Assembly (NCBI GenBank): GCA_030390025.1
Contig: JASTWF010000098.1
Span: 682,001-746,000 of the forward strand
Direction: 5' to 3'
Length of the DNA stretch: 64,000 nt
From: Squalus acanthias
Lineage: Eukaryota
Every line of letters starts with the position of its first letter. The stretch's first letter is position 1. The notes below the pieces were generated by a model. That model was not told where the DNA came from, did not search any database, and was given only the letters and a program-made list of their open reading frames with translations. Shown here one piece after another: positions 36,999 through 50,181 of this stretch. Position numbers and translations under genes: made by a program.

Positions 36999-37352
36999 GT
37001 TCAGTGTGGGTGCCCCCTCGGTGGAAGAGTGCGCACTCCTTATTCTTTGTTCAGTGTGGGTGCCCCCTCGGTGGAAGAGTGCGCACTCCTTATTCTTTGT
37101 TCAGTGTGGGTGCCCCCTCGGTGGAAGAGTGCGCACTCCTTATTCTTTGTTCAGTGTGGGTGCCCCCTCGGTGGAAGAGTGCGCACTCCTTATTCTTTGT
37201 TCAGTGTGGGTGCCCCCTCGGTGGAAGAGTGCGCACTCCTTATTCTTTGTTCAGTGTGGGTGCCCCCTCGGTGGAAGAGTGCGCACTCCTTATTCTTTGT
37301 TCAGTGTGGGTGCCCCCTCGGTGGAAGAGTGCGCACTCCTTATTCTTTGTTC
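36999..37352. repeat. 50-bp tandem repeat, 7 identical copies
   Basis: GTTCAGTGTGGGTGCCCCCTCGGTGGAAGAGTGCGCACTCCTTATTCTTT. Confidence 0.97.
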
Positions 37353-37541
37353 TGCGCAGGCTGTTTCTTTTAACACGCGGTCCCTTTAAATTTCTGCGCA
37401 TGTGCGGTATTTACAATGTAAAAGCCAGTGAGCGGCCTGCGCGGGACCTTTGGGATTATTGCACGGCATCACAGCCGCGCACCTTAGCGGGAACATTGCC
37501 ACCGATTACTTTTTTAAATTATAATTTGTATATATTTTTAA

Positions 37542-37688
<147 letters not shown>

Positions 37689-37959
37689 TAATTTGTTTTA
37701 CGGTTCTGATGAAGTTTCTGCCCGGGCTCTGTCTCTCCTCTTTCAGACACCCGTGGACCAGCTGTGTGTTTCCGCATTTTCTGTTTTTATTTTAGTTTTC
37801 CAGCATTTGCAGTTTTTCTTTTTCTTTCGGGAACCTTCTCTTGCCGGTTCCTTCCCACCCCCCACCAAAACCCTTCTCTGGTGCCGACTCCTGCTGGGGT
37901 ACGGCGCTGGCTGCTCTCCGCTGCCTCACTCAATAGCCCATCCTTCATGTGTGAGCCCA

Positions 37960-40760
37960 GACATAGGATTACATAGGATATACGGCACTGAAACTGGCCA
38001 TTTGGCCCAGCCAGTCCATGCCAGCCTTTATGCTCCACTCGAGCCTCCTCCCTTCCTTCCTCATGAAACTATCAGCATAACCCTCTCCCTCATGTGCTTA
38101 TCTTGCTTCCCCTTGAATGCATCTGTACTATTCACCTTAACTACTCCCTGTGGTAGCGAGTTCCACATCTGAACAAAGAAGTTTCTTCTGAATTCCCTAT
38201 TGGATTTCTTGGTGACTAGCTTATATTGATGTCCTCTAGTTTTGCTCTTCCGCACAAGTGGAAACATTCTTTCTGTGTCTACTTTATCAAAACCTTTCAT
38301 AATTTTAAAGACCTCTATTAGGTCACCCCATAGCCATTGAGCCATCGAGTAGCCTGAATTACATTTTTAAAAAGTAAATGGTTTTTTGAAAATCAAGGTA
38401 CACAGTATCAACCGGGCTACCTACCTCAACCAACCTCATCACCTTCTCGAAACATTCAACCGGGTTCGTCAGACATGACCACCTTTCCCTGAAGTCACGC
38501 CGAGACTCTAATAACTCATTCTCTGTCAAGCTGTTGATGCGGTGCACCTCTAATGACCCCAGCTAGTAACCTGCCTATAACCCGAGTCAAGTTAACAGGC
38601 CTGCAATTTCCTGGTTCTGACTTGTTGCCCTTTTAAATATTGGCATCACATGGGGGGTCATAGAATCATAGAAATTTACAGCACAGAAGGAGGCCATTCG
38701 GCCCATCGTGTTCATGCCGACCGAAAAAGCTATCCACCCTAATCCCTCTTTCCAGCTCTTGATCCGTAGCCCTGTAGGTTACGGCAATTTAAGTGCATAT
38801 CCAAGTACTTTTTAAATGTGATGAGGGTTTCTGCCTCTACCACCCTTTCAGGCAGTGAGTTCCAGACCCCCACCACCCTCTGGGTGAAAAAAGTTCTCCT
38901 CAACTCCCCTCTAATCCTCCTACCAATGACTTTAAATCTGCTAAGGGAAATAGGTCCTTCCTATCCACTCTATCTAGGCCCCTAATAACTTTATGCACCT
39001 CAATTAAGTCTCCCCTCAGCCTCCTCTGTTCCAAAGAAAAGAACCCCAGCCTATCCAATCTTTCCTCATAGCTAAAATTCTCCAGTCCTGGCAACATCCT
39101 TGTAAATCTCCTCTGTACCCTCTCTAGTGCAATCACATATTTCCTGTAATGTGGTGAACAGAACTGTACACAGTAGCTGTGGCCTAACTAGTGTTTTATA
39201 CAGTTTTAGCATAACCTCCCTGCTCTTATATTCTCGGCTAATAAAGGCAAGTATCCCGCGTGCCGCCTTACCACCTTATCTACCTATCCTGCTACCTTCA
39301 GAGATCTGTGGACATGCACTCCAAGGTCCCTCTGTTCTTCTACGCTTCTCAGTATCCTACCATTTATTGTGTATTCCCTTGTCTTGTTAGCCCTCCCCAA
39401 ATGCATTACCTCACACTTCTCTGGATTGAATTCCATTTGCCACTTTTCTGCCCACCTGAACATCCATTGATATCTTCCTGCAGTCTGCAGCTTTCTTCCT
39501 CACTATCAACCACACGGCCAATTTTTGTATCAGCTGCAAACTTCTTAATCATGCCCCCTACATTGAAGTCTAAATCATTGATATATATGACAAAAAGCAA
39601 GGGACCTAGTCCTGAGCCCTGCGGTACCCCACTGGAAACAGCCTTCCAGTCACAAGAACACCCTTCCACCATTACCCTTTGCTTCCTGCCACTGAGCCAA
39701 TTTTGGATCCAACTTGCCACTTTGCCCTGGATCCCATGGGCTTTTACTATTCTGACCAGTCTGCCATGTGGGACTTTGTCAAAAGCTTTGCTAAAATCCA
39801 TGTAGACTACATCAAACGCGCTACCCTCATTGACCCTCCTTGTTACCTTCTCAAAAAATTCAATCAAGTTAGTCAGACATGACCTTCCCTTAACAAATCC
39901 ATGATTCATCCATGCCTTTCTAAATGACGATTTATACGAAGGGTTATTGACCTGAAATGTTAGCTCTGTTTCTCTCTCCTCCGATGTTGCCTGATCTGCT
40001 GAGTAGTTCCAGCATTTTCTGTTTTTATTTCAGATTTCCAGCCTCTGCAGTATTTTGCATTTGACGATTTATACTGTCGCTCAGAATTTTTTTTCAATAA
40101 TTTGCCCACCACCGAGGTTTGGCTGACAGGCCTGTAATTACTCGGTCTATCCCTTTCTCCCTCCAGTCCATGGGAACAGACACAGACCCCAGCGAGCTGT
40201 TGACTATCTGAGCAAGGGGCTCATAGAGTATTGTCCCCATTTCTTTGAGCACCCTCGGGTGAACAGCGTCAGGACCAGCAGCCCGATCTGTTTTGAGATC
40301 CCCTTATTCTGGCCAGGACTATATCCACACCCACTTAGACATGTTCAACCTTAGCGTCAAACCTACAATGTATCATTGCTTAATCAGCATAGTCTTCCGT
40401 GATGATGCAAAGTTTAAAACCTCTGCCATATCCTGAATCTGTCCTGAGGAATCTTTCAATAGCCCTATAAAGTTTTATTGGTCCTCTGACTCCTAACACA
40501 GCTGAAAAAGACCTTGCTATTACCACCACAGCTGTCCACTATCCTCTTCTCCAATGTCCTTTTGGCTGATCTGATCGCAGCTTTCGTTGCCTTAAGCCGA
40601 GATTGACTCCTCTCCCTGTTCTCCTGAGGACTAAATCTTTTAAGCCTGTAAAAATATTTCTGCTCGCATATGATTTGTCCTTGCACATGACCCGTTGGCC
40701 AATCTGGCCTTGCTTTACCATACGCCCTTTTTTTTAAATCTAAGGACATATATGGCTTCC
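37960..40760 (-). mobile_element. Stack of CR1 fragments of different ages
   Basis: ORFs with HGFVKGRSCLTNL, YMDFSKAFDKV, FAADTK and RRLRGDLIEV. Confidence 0.88.
39938..40061 (+). mobile_element. Short Penelope pseudo-LTR insertion with 13-bp target duplication
   Basis: Similar to 3234-3357; TGACGATTTATAC at 39925-39937 and 40062-40074. Confidence 0.85.
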
Positions 40761-41521
40761 TTTGGAAGGATCTACAAGTGACTGCTTCACAGATAGAAAT
40801 AAAGGGGAGACTGAGATATTACAATACAGTAATCAGCAATTTTTTTTGTTCTTTTTCGAATATTTTCCTTTTTTAAAAGATAAAAAATGCCTCGGGATCT
40901 TTTACGTCCACCTGAGAGGGCAGACGGGGCCTCGGTTTAACGTCTCATCTGAAAGGCGACGCTTCTGACAGTGTAGCACTCCCTCAGTACTGCACTGGAG
41001 TGTCAACAGTCACAGAGGATGTCGTTCGTGACTTTACTTCGGGCTGTTTCAGTGCTGGGGAGGGGCAGAAACCTGTTTGGAGGGATTAAACGGAGTTGTG
41101 GGATAGATGGGCAAGTATTTGGGAGGTTTGAAGACTATGGAGAGGGTAGGTGGTTGGAGATGGGGTGGTTTGCAAGAACAGATGGGGTCGATCAAGGGAG
41201 TGGTTTTGAGGAAGGGCTAATGATGGCAGTTTTGAAAGGGAGGGAAACAGTGCCTAAGGAGAGGGATCTATTTACAATGTCCGCTCGCTGGAGGCCAGGA
41301 AGGGAAGTTGGGTGGTCAACAGTTTAGTGAGAATGGGGTTCATGGGAGCAGGAGTTGGATCTCACGAATAGATGAGCGTAGAGACGAGAGAAAAATGAGA
41401 GAGAGATGGAGGTTCAGGGCTTGGGTAGGAGGCCCTGGAGTGAGATTGGACTCATTGGTTGTGGGGAGGCGGGTGGCGGTTGGGAGAAAGAGGAAAAGCA
41501 GCAGAGGCGGCTAAACAGATG

Positions 41522-42403
41522 GGGGGAGAAATTCAGTATCGCCCCATTGGGGGCGCAATTATCGGCCGGGCGCAAAGATTAGCGCCTGGTACTAATTATC
41601 GCCTCCGACTGCAAACTTGACTTTTATCGCCCCTGGAGGTGATTGGAGCGCTAAATCAGGCGCTTCACACCTGTCTTAAGGCGCAAAGGCCGAGGAGCGA
41701 GGTGCTACCTCAGAGCGCTGGCGAAGCTCATGTGATGTCAGTCAGCAATGGAACACACACACAATGGCACGGGCCAGTTCTTAAAGGGGATGGTTAATCT
41801 CACTTTCCATCCACATCCTGCTAATTGCAACCTTGAATCTCGGCCTGGAGAGACCTGCACATCAAATCTGCTGGAAAGAACAATGGAGAGTACCAGGCAA
41901 AGAGCTCAGAGTGCAGTCCCCACAGTCTCTTCTAAATCGATACAAGGAATCGCAAATCAAAATGAACCTGCAAAGTGCTGCTCAGTACCCAAAACTCCTT
42001 CACACAACGTTGAAACTCTCCAGAAGTCTCTCTCTCTCTCTCTCAGAATGCGTAGTTCAAAAATGGCGCCAACAATAAAAGGCAGGAAGCGGTCACCTTT
42101 AAATAGCGCTCCCCCTTTCCCTTCATGACTGCAGAACGCTCCACTCAAACTGTCGTTGCTAGCGTCAGGCGGTAAGGAAGGGGGCGCCACTCAATATCCG
42201 CTCCGGGGCGTTGCGCACTCGACTGACGTCACGATCTGCCGGCGCAGGAGATCGTGGCGGTAGTGTTTAGCGCCGCCGCAAAATGTCTAGTTAATTTCAC
42301 GAGCGGCGCAAAAATCGCCGCGCCTGGGCGCTAGATGCTTTGCGCCCCATTAGCGCCGTCTTAAGGCGCTAACGGGAGGCGCAACCAACTGAATTTTTCC
42401 CCC
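41522..42403. mobile_element. Approximately 880-bp CpG-rich non-autonomous DNA transposon (Harbinger-like termini) inserted in an L2
   Basis: Termini GGGGGAGAAATTCAGT and ACTGAATTTTTCCCCC; probable 3-bp duplication ATG/ATA. A related degenerate element lies at about 22878-23318. Confidence 0.75.
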
Positions 42404-42893
42404 ATAGTGTCTAACTTGGTGACACAAGTCCATGAGCTCTTCTCCAGAGACTTGAGCACATAAGTTAGTCTGACGCTGCAGTGCTGAGGGAGCAGCGCTG
42501 CACTGTCTGAGGTGCCATCTTTCGGATGAGACGTTAAACCGAGGTCCCGTCTGCCACCTCAGGTGGACGTTTAAGATACCGTGGCACTATCCGAAGAAGA
42601 GCAGGGGAGTTCTCCCCGGTGTCCTGGGCCAATATTTATCCCTCAACCCACATCACAAAAATAGATTATCTGGTCATTATCACATTGCTGTTTGTGGGAG
42701 CTTGCTGTGCGCAAACTGGCTGCTACGTTTCCTACATTACAACAGTGACTACACTTCAAAAATAATTCATTGACTGTGAGGCACTTTGGGACGTTCTGAG
42801 AACCTGAAAGGCACGATACAATGCAAGGTCGTTCCTTCTTATTTGTATGTTAACGGCGTTGTATAAATGCAAGTGGGTCGCTGTTGAGACTGA

Positions 42894-43094
<201 letters not shown>

Positions 43095-43593
43095 TGATGC
43101 CCGATCTGTGCTTGATGTGGTCCAGCCGGATTTGGTGATTTAAACCCGTTGAGTGTCAGGCACGCTCAAGCCTGCGTCCCTTGGACTTGAGGGAGTGAAG
43201 ATGGGAGTTAATGCAGGGAAAACGGCCAGGGTGGGAGAGAATAAGGGTTTTGCTGGGCCCAGGGTATCAAAGGTGAGGAGAGTGGCACAGCAGATCAACG
43301 GCTGCAGAATTATCACAGCGATTGGAGGGCCAAAGGCTAGGCACTTGGGATTTTGATAGTGGAGTTGTAAGTGACTGGAGGGAAAGTGTTTTCCGGGGTG
43401 GATGCAGAAGGAAAGTGAGGTGTGGGTGGTGAGGGATACAAGGTAGTGGTTGGAGATGGCTGTGGCTGTAATCGAGACCGTGGGAGTGGAGAAGCCACAG
43501 GAGAGAGTGGAGAAGCCACAGGAGAGATGGCGTGGTTGAGGTGTTAGATTTTTAAATATTTGAAATACATTAACGGAGATTTTTTTCCTTCAG

Positions 43594-43698
43594 TATCAAA
43601 AGCCGACAGAAATCTTGCAGCTGGAACAGGAGGTGCTGCGGGAGCTGAAGAAGATGAAGGTGGCTGAAGACGGCGACGTGGAGTGTAAAACGCAGTGA
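43594..43698 (+). CDS. DPCD: DPCD exon 6 (terminal coding part)
   Basis: YQKPTEILQLEQEVLRELKKMKVAEDGDVECKTQ*. The six exons total 612 nt = 203 aa plus stop. Confidence 0.96.
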   Translation, partial: YQKPTEILQLEQEVLRELKKMKVAEDGDVECKTQ

Positions 43699-43990
43699 TT
43701 CTGAACGCTCGCCGTCCGATCGACATCAGAAACGCTCCGGCCTGTCTAAAATCAACTCCCCAGCGTGGAATCCTACTATGAGGGATGGAGAGAAGGGGTG
43801 TCTTGTGTGAAGGAGCTGAACACTAGCAGCAGCTGTGTTGATAAACATCCCAGGTGTGAGGGTGGGGTGGGGGTGGCGGTTTAAATTAGATCTCAAACTA
43901 AATGGAGAGAAGGGAGAGGGTGTTTGCTGGCGTTGGAGGGTAGGGGAATATTACCACCATTCCCAGTCGCACTGTAAATTGCAGAACTTC

Positions 43991-43996
43991 AATAAA
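43991..43996 (+). terminator. DPCD polyadenylation signal
   Basis: First AATAAA, about 290 nt after the DPCD stop. Confidence 0.7.
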
Positions 43997-44209
43997 ATAC
44001 GCGCTGTTTATATTAAACCCGCAAAGTGTGGTCTCCTCACCTCCCAGTTGCTTGGGCGGTGTGTAGCACTCTTGTCTTTGAGCCAGAAGGCTGTGGGTTC
44101 GAGCCCCACACCAGAGACTTGAGCACAAAAATCTAGGCTGACACTCCAGTGCAGTACTGAGGGAGTGCCGCACTGTCGGGGGTGCCGTCTTTCGGATGAG
44201 CTTTTATTA

Positions 44210-45370
44210 TTTTTATTTGTTTATGGGATGTGGGTATCGCTGGCAAGGCCAGCATTTATTGCCCATCCCTAATTGCCCTTGAGAAGGTGGTGGTGAGCCG
44301 CCTTCGTGAACCACTGCAGCCCGTGTGGTGAAGGTGCTCCCACAGTGCTGTTAGGGAGGGAGTTCCAGGATTTTGACCCAGTGACGATGAAGGATTGGCG
44401 ATATACTTCTAAGTCAGGATGGTGTGTGACTTGGAGGGGAACTTGGAGGTGGTGGTGTTCCCATGCGCCTGCTGCCCTTGTCCTTCTAGGTGGAAGAGGT
44501 CGCGGGTTTGGGAGGTGCTGCCGAAGAAGTCTTGGCGAGTTGCTGCAGTGCATCTTGTAGATGGTACACACTGCAGCCACGGTGTGCCGGTGGTGGAAGG
44601 AGTGAATGTTTAAGGTGGTGCATGGGGTGCCAATCAAACGGGCTGCTTTGTCCTGGATGGTGTCGAGCTTCTTGAGTGTTGTTGGAGCTGCACTCATCCA
44701 GGCAAGTGGAGAGTATTCCATCACACTCCTTACTTGTGCCTTGTAGATGGTGGAAAGGCTTTGGGGAGTCAGGAGGTGAGACACTCGCTGCAGAATACCT
44801 ATCCTCTGACCTGCTCTTGTTGCTACAGTAGTTATGTGGCTGGTCCAGTTAAGTTTCTGGTCAATGGTGACCCCCAGGATGTGGATGGTGGGGGATTCGG
44901 CGATGGTAATGCCATTGAATGTCGAGGGGAAGTGGTTAGACTCTCGCTTGTTGGAGATAGTTATTGCCTGGCACTTCTGTGGTGCGAATGTTACCTGCCA
45001 TTTATCAGCCCAAGCCTGAAAGTTGTCCAGATCTTGTTGCATGCGGGCATGGACTGCTTCATTATCTGAGAGTTGTGAATGGCGCTGAACACTGCAGTCA
45101 TCAGCGAACATCCTCCATTTCTGACCTTATGTTGGAGAGAAGGTCATTGATGAAGCAGCTAAAGATGGTTGGGCCTAGGACACTGCCCTGAGGAACACAG
45201 CGATGTCCTGGGCCTGTGATGATTGACCTTCAACCACCACAACCATCTTCCTTTGTGCTAGGTATGACTCCAGCCAGTGGAGCGTTTTCCCCCCAATTCC
45301 CATTGACTTCAGTTTTACTAGAGCTCCTTGATGCCACACTCGTTCAAATGCTGCCTTGATGTCAAGGGCC
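44210..45370 (-). mobile_element. CR1-group LINE fragment inserted into a Deu-SINE
   Basis: ORF 44269-45111 (MFADD). The SINE core CTTTCGGATGAG|..GTTAAACCGAGG is split around it. Confidence 0.88.
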
Positions 45371-47470
45371 GTTGTTAAACCGAGGTCCCGTCTGTTCTCT
45401 CAGGTGGACGTAAAAGATCCCACGACACTATTTTGAAGAGGAGCAGGGGAGTTCTCCTCGGTGTCCTGTCCAATATTTATCCTTCAACCAACATCACTAA
45501 AACAGATTATCTGGTCACGATCACGTTGCTGTTTTTGGGAGCTTGCTGTGCTCAAATTAGCTACCGCGTTTTCTACAATTCAACAATGACTTCACTTCAA
45601 AAAGTACTTTGGGGTGTCGTGAAATAAGCTATAGAAATGCAAGTTCGTTTGTTCTTTTTAGCAGAGGAGCCCTGTGTTCCAGTGGATCTACTGATTTCAG
45701 ACCCTTCTGGGAGCCACCTGATGGCTGCTTGACTGTGGGGGAGGGATGGAGGGCGAGGGGGGCATAATGAATGAAAATGTCCTTCCCCTTGAATCTCCCT
45801 CTCTCTTTCTGACCATTCAATGTCCCAGCTCCTTCTAGTTCAGCAATTATTCACTCGTTTTTTCCCCCTCAATTATTTGTTTCTAGTGCTGAGGATCAGG
45901 GGGGACGAGACAGAGGAGAGTTACTGAGCCCGACAGTCTGAAGGGGTGTGCTAATACACTATGTCCCAGCCCGGGTCAATGAGTCTGGAACAGGAAGGGG
46001 AGAAAATCAGATGTCAATCCACCCGCCTCCCATCACCAGGTGGCTTAACTACTCTTAAGTCTCAACATATGCCAGTTCCGGTGTTTCTATAAATTAAAAG
46101 ATTTAGCTTTAATTTAAATCAGGAGGTTCATCCTGTGAGGACACAGTATAATCTGCAGTTGAGTAACACCCAGTCTGTGTTTTTTGATTGGACGTTTAAG
46201 TTTTGTAAAGAAAAAAGACTTGCATTTCTCCAGCGCCTTTCACAGCCTCGGGACGTCCCAAAGCGCTTTCACAGCCAATGAAGTTGTAGTCACTGTTGTA
46301 ATGTAGGAAATGCAGCAGCCATTTTGCACACAGCAAGCTCCCACAAACAGCAATGTGATAATGACCAGTCAATATATTTTAGTGATGTTGATTGAGGGAT
46401 AAATATTGGCCAGCACTAGGGATAACTCCTCTGCTCTTCTTCAAAATAGTATAATGGGATCTTTTACATCCACCTGTGAGCAGATGGGGCCTCTGTTTAA
46501 TGTCTGACAGTGCACCACTCCCTCAGTACTGGCAATGGAAGTCAACCGAGATTTTTCTACTCAAGTCTCTGGAGTGGGACTCGAATCCACAACCTTCTGA
46601 CCCAGAAGCGAGAGTGCTAGCCACTGAGCCATGGGCTGACACATTTGTGACTGACTATAAAAGGTTATGGATGCCCCTTCTGGTTGTAGGAGTACCTCAG
46701 TCTCACAAGGCAGTTATCGAAGCATACTCAGTCTGAGTGAGTTTATAAATCGATCTCTGCCTCTACTCCCATTGACAACATGATGGAGGATGAATCCATG
46801 ATCCATCGTGGCACACTTTTAAAAAAAAAAAAAATGCCTCCTCACTATTAAAGACTTGTTAAAATTAAATTTCTCCTCATTTTCTTACCCACACCACTCG
46901 CATTATATGGTTTTATTCACCTGACCCATCTCATCCTTCCAGAAAACCAACCCTCCTGTCTTTCCAGTACAGCATCCAGCTGTTCAATGTCTCACCCTCA
47001 TCACCCTGCCTGCCAATAAGTCCTGTCCTGGGCTTGCTCCACAATGCGGACACTGCCCTCTTCTTGCTGTTTCTGAAAGTATTGTTCTGGTGGTATCCTT
47101 TCACCCCAGGAGCTGGATTTAAATCAAGGTCTCAGTGGGTCTGAAATATATTTACTACTGGGAGTGGGTCCATGGCAGTACCTGTGCTAACTGGCACTCC
47201 CATTCCAGGAAAGCGGTAAACAGAAATGTATCAGGGTACAGGAAAAGGTGTTCCCAAGGTCAGAGTTGAGGTATTGTTAACAGAAAAGGCTTACTGAATA
47301 ACGCACCCAATAATGTTTGATCGGGCAGTGTAGAGGGAGCTTTACTCTGTATCTAACCCGTGCGGAGGTACAGATGCCTGCAACACTTGGTTACCTTATC
47401 CAAGTGGCCATTCTTGAGCCCAATGTCCAGCATGCATCATTTCGGCACTTTTCACAAGGGGAAAATGGAC

Positions 47471-47647
47471 ACCAAGCAGCGGCAGGAACCCCGGCAGATT
47501 CTCCCCATTGTAACTCGGGGACACAGACCAAGCAGGAGCAGGAACCCCGGCAGATTCTCCCCATTGTAACTCGGGGACACAGACCAAGCAGGGGCAGGAA
47601 CCCCGGCAGATTCTCCCCATTGTAACTCGGGGACACAGACCAAGCAG
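47471..47647. repeat. 56-bp tandem repeat, about 3 copies
   Basis: ACCAAGCAGGAGCAGGAACCCCGGCAGATTCTCCCCATTGTAACTCGGGGACACAG. Confidence 0.95.
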
Positions 47648-48094
47648 TGTCTCCGTCTTTGAGCTGACACGTCAGGGCTGCTGTGTCCTTTGAATGAGAT
47701 GGCGAAACAGAGGCCTTGTCTGCCTGCTTAGAAATATCCCATGGCCACATTCACAGAGTAGGGAGTTCTCCTGGTTTTTATGGCCCAACGTTCCTCCCTC
47801 AAGTCAACCAACACCACCAAAAACGAGCATTACTGGTTATTTGCCTCACTCGCTGTTTGCAGGGTCTTGTGCACAATGATAACAGTGACTACAGGTGAAG
47901 CACTGTGGGATGTTTGAGAGACATGGCTGTCCTACTGAAATACAAGGCTTTTTTTTTAAAAAAATTGCTTTCAAACATCAGGACATCGCTACAGCCCTTA
48001 GCAGCTTCTCTAGGTGACGTTAGTAACAGGAATTCAGTTAAAGAGGAGAAATTACAAGCAATTGGGGCAACATTTATATATAAGTTATATAAAA

Positions 48095-48100
48095 TTTATT
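48095..48100 (-). terminator. FBXW4 polyadenylation signal
   Basis: TTTATT on plus (AATAAA on minus), about 190 nt after the FBXW4 stop. Confidence 0.65.
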
Positions 48101-48288
48101 GCAAATAAAGCACTCTTCCTCTTTTTAAAAAAACACAAAGTGATTCTTAAAGGGACTGCAGAGTTGGAAGTGTGAAGGAGCGGTTCCTGTTTCTAAAGCA
48201 TCAATTGACAATGTGCTGGTCGATTGCTGGCTTCAGATGTGCAGTTTGGGGGTCCCCACTTTACGGCATGCTCTGGGTGCCCGCCCGT

Positions 48289-48423
48289 TTAATTCCCGTG
48301 CTGTGGGTCAGAGGTCGTAAAATCCAACGCGTAAAATGCGTGGGCCAAGGTGGCGTAGAGGTGCGAGGTAGTAAATCGGAGGCAGTACACGGGGCTGCTG
48401 CTGGGGGAGGAGAGGAAAAACAC
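48289..48423 (-). CDS. FBXW4: FBXW4 (dactylin) last coding exon
   Basis: VFFLSSPSSSPVYCLRFTTSHLYATLAHAFYALDFTTSDPQHGN*, like human SSPVYCLRLTTKHLYAALSYNLHVLDF. Confidence 0.93.
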   Translation of the reverse strand: MFFLSSPSSSPVYCLRFTTSHLYATLAHAFYALDFTTSDPQHGN

Positions 48424-50039
48424 CTGCAGGAAAAGGAAACACAACTTTTGGTTAGCTCTGCGACCCACGCTTTGCTGTCATTTACAGAGATGCTGCTCTA
48501 TACGGAGAGGCAACAGACTCCTTCCTGTCTGGGGCGAGGAAGCACTGGTTCTCCTGATACAACCACCATGTTTGCTGCCCTCTGCTGGGACACAGGTCCG
48601 CGGGCACAGGAAGCACCTGCTCCCTCAACGTCTCGTTCTTCATGTGAGCCTAGACACTGATCGGCTGTGGCGATTGTCCCCATAACAGTGGCTGCACTGT
48701 GCGTGAAGCGCTATGAGATGTATGAGAAATGTGTTCTGGTGCGATAGAAATGTTTCAGCAATTTCTAAGTCTCTTTGATGGCTCAGTTGTAAGGTACAAT
48801 AGTAGAGTCCAGAGGGTACAACTGTCAGGAAAGACTGAACAGCCTGGGGCTCTTTTCTCTAGAAAAGAGAAGAGACTGAGGGGTGACCTGATAGAGGTCT
48901 TTAAAATTATGAAGGGGTTCGATAGGATAGTCAGAGAGAAAATGTTTCCACTTGTGGGGGAGTCCAAAACTAGAGGCAGTAAATATAAGACAGTCCCTAA
49001 TAAATCCAATAAGGAATTCAGGAGAAACTTCTTTACCCAGAGAGTGGCGAGAATGTGGAACTCGCTACCACAGGGAGTGGTTGAGGCGAATAGTATAGAT
49101 ACATTTAAGGGGAAGCTGGATAAACACACGAGGGAGAAGGGAATGGTGATGGGGTGAGATGAAGAGGGGTGGGAGGAGGCTCATGTGGAGCATAAACGTC
49201 GGCACGGACCAGTTGGGCCGAAGGGCCCGTTTCCGTGCTGGACATTCTGTGTAATTGTAAATGCACCGCCTGCTGTGACACAGCCATTACAGACCAGGAG
49301 GACGAGTCGGCTGGGCTCCATTATAAGTGGAATCTGTCTCACTGGGCCAGTAGCCTGCTCCTGATCAGATGAATTGTGGATGGCGGAGAGATCGGGATCA
49401 GGAGCATCCTTCCCCAAATTTGCAAAGCTCAGCAGCACATGCTGACTCGGTTCATGCGTGAAGACAGACTTGCGTTTCTATAGCGCCTTTCACGACCTCA
49501 GGACGTTCCCAAAGCGCTTCACAGCCAATGAAGTATTTTTGAAGTGTAGTCACTGTTGTAATGTAGGAAACGCGGCAGCCAATCTGCGTACAGCAAGCTC
49601 CCACAAACAGCAATGTGGTAATGACCAGATAATCGGTTTTAGTGATGTGGGTTGAGGGATAAATATTGGCCCCAGGACACCAGGGTTAACTCCCCTGCTC
49701 CTCTTCGAAATAGTGCCATGGGATCTTTTACATCCACCTGAGAGGGCAGACGGGGCCTTGGTTTAACGTCTCATCCGACAGACGGCACCTGCGACTGTGC
49801 AGCACTCCCTCAGTACTGCACCGGAGTGTCACAGCCTGGATTTTTGTGCTCAAGTCTCTGGAGTGGGGCTTGAACCCACAACCTTCTGACTCAGAGGCGA
49901 GAGTGCTGCCCACTGAGCCACGGCTGACACCAGCAGAATGGTGCTTGGGGTGAAGCACTGATGGGTGGTAAGCACTCTCTGGAAAGGAGGCAACGGGGGG
50001 AAACATTAGCATTCTTCCCATCAGCCAGACCTGCCTTAC

Positions 50040-50181
50040 CTGCAGACTCTTGGTCTGCCTCTTGTCCCAGAGACGCACGACCCCGTAGTGGGAGGAGCCA
50101 CTGGCGATCATGAAGTTTCCATCACTCTGCAAGCAGTAGAGCGCACTGTCGTGAGGTTCCTCCCACTCCATCACACTGCGC
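50040..50181 (-). CDS. FBXW4: FBXW4 penultimate exon (WD40)
   Basis: RSVMEWEEPHDSALYCLQSDGNFMIASGSSHYGVVRLWDKRQTKSLQ; 142 nt; AG/GTAAGG. Confidence 0.96.
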
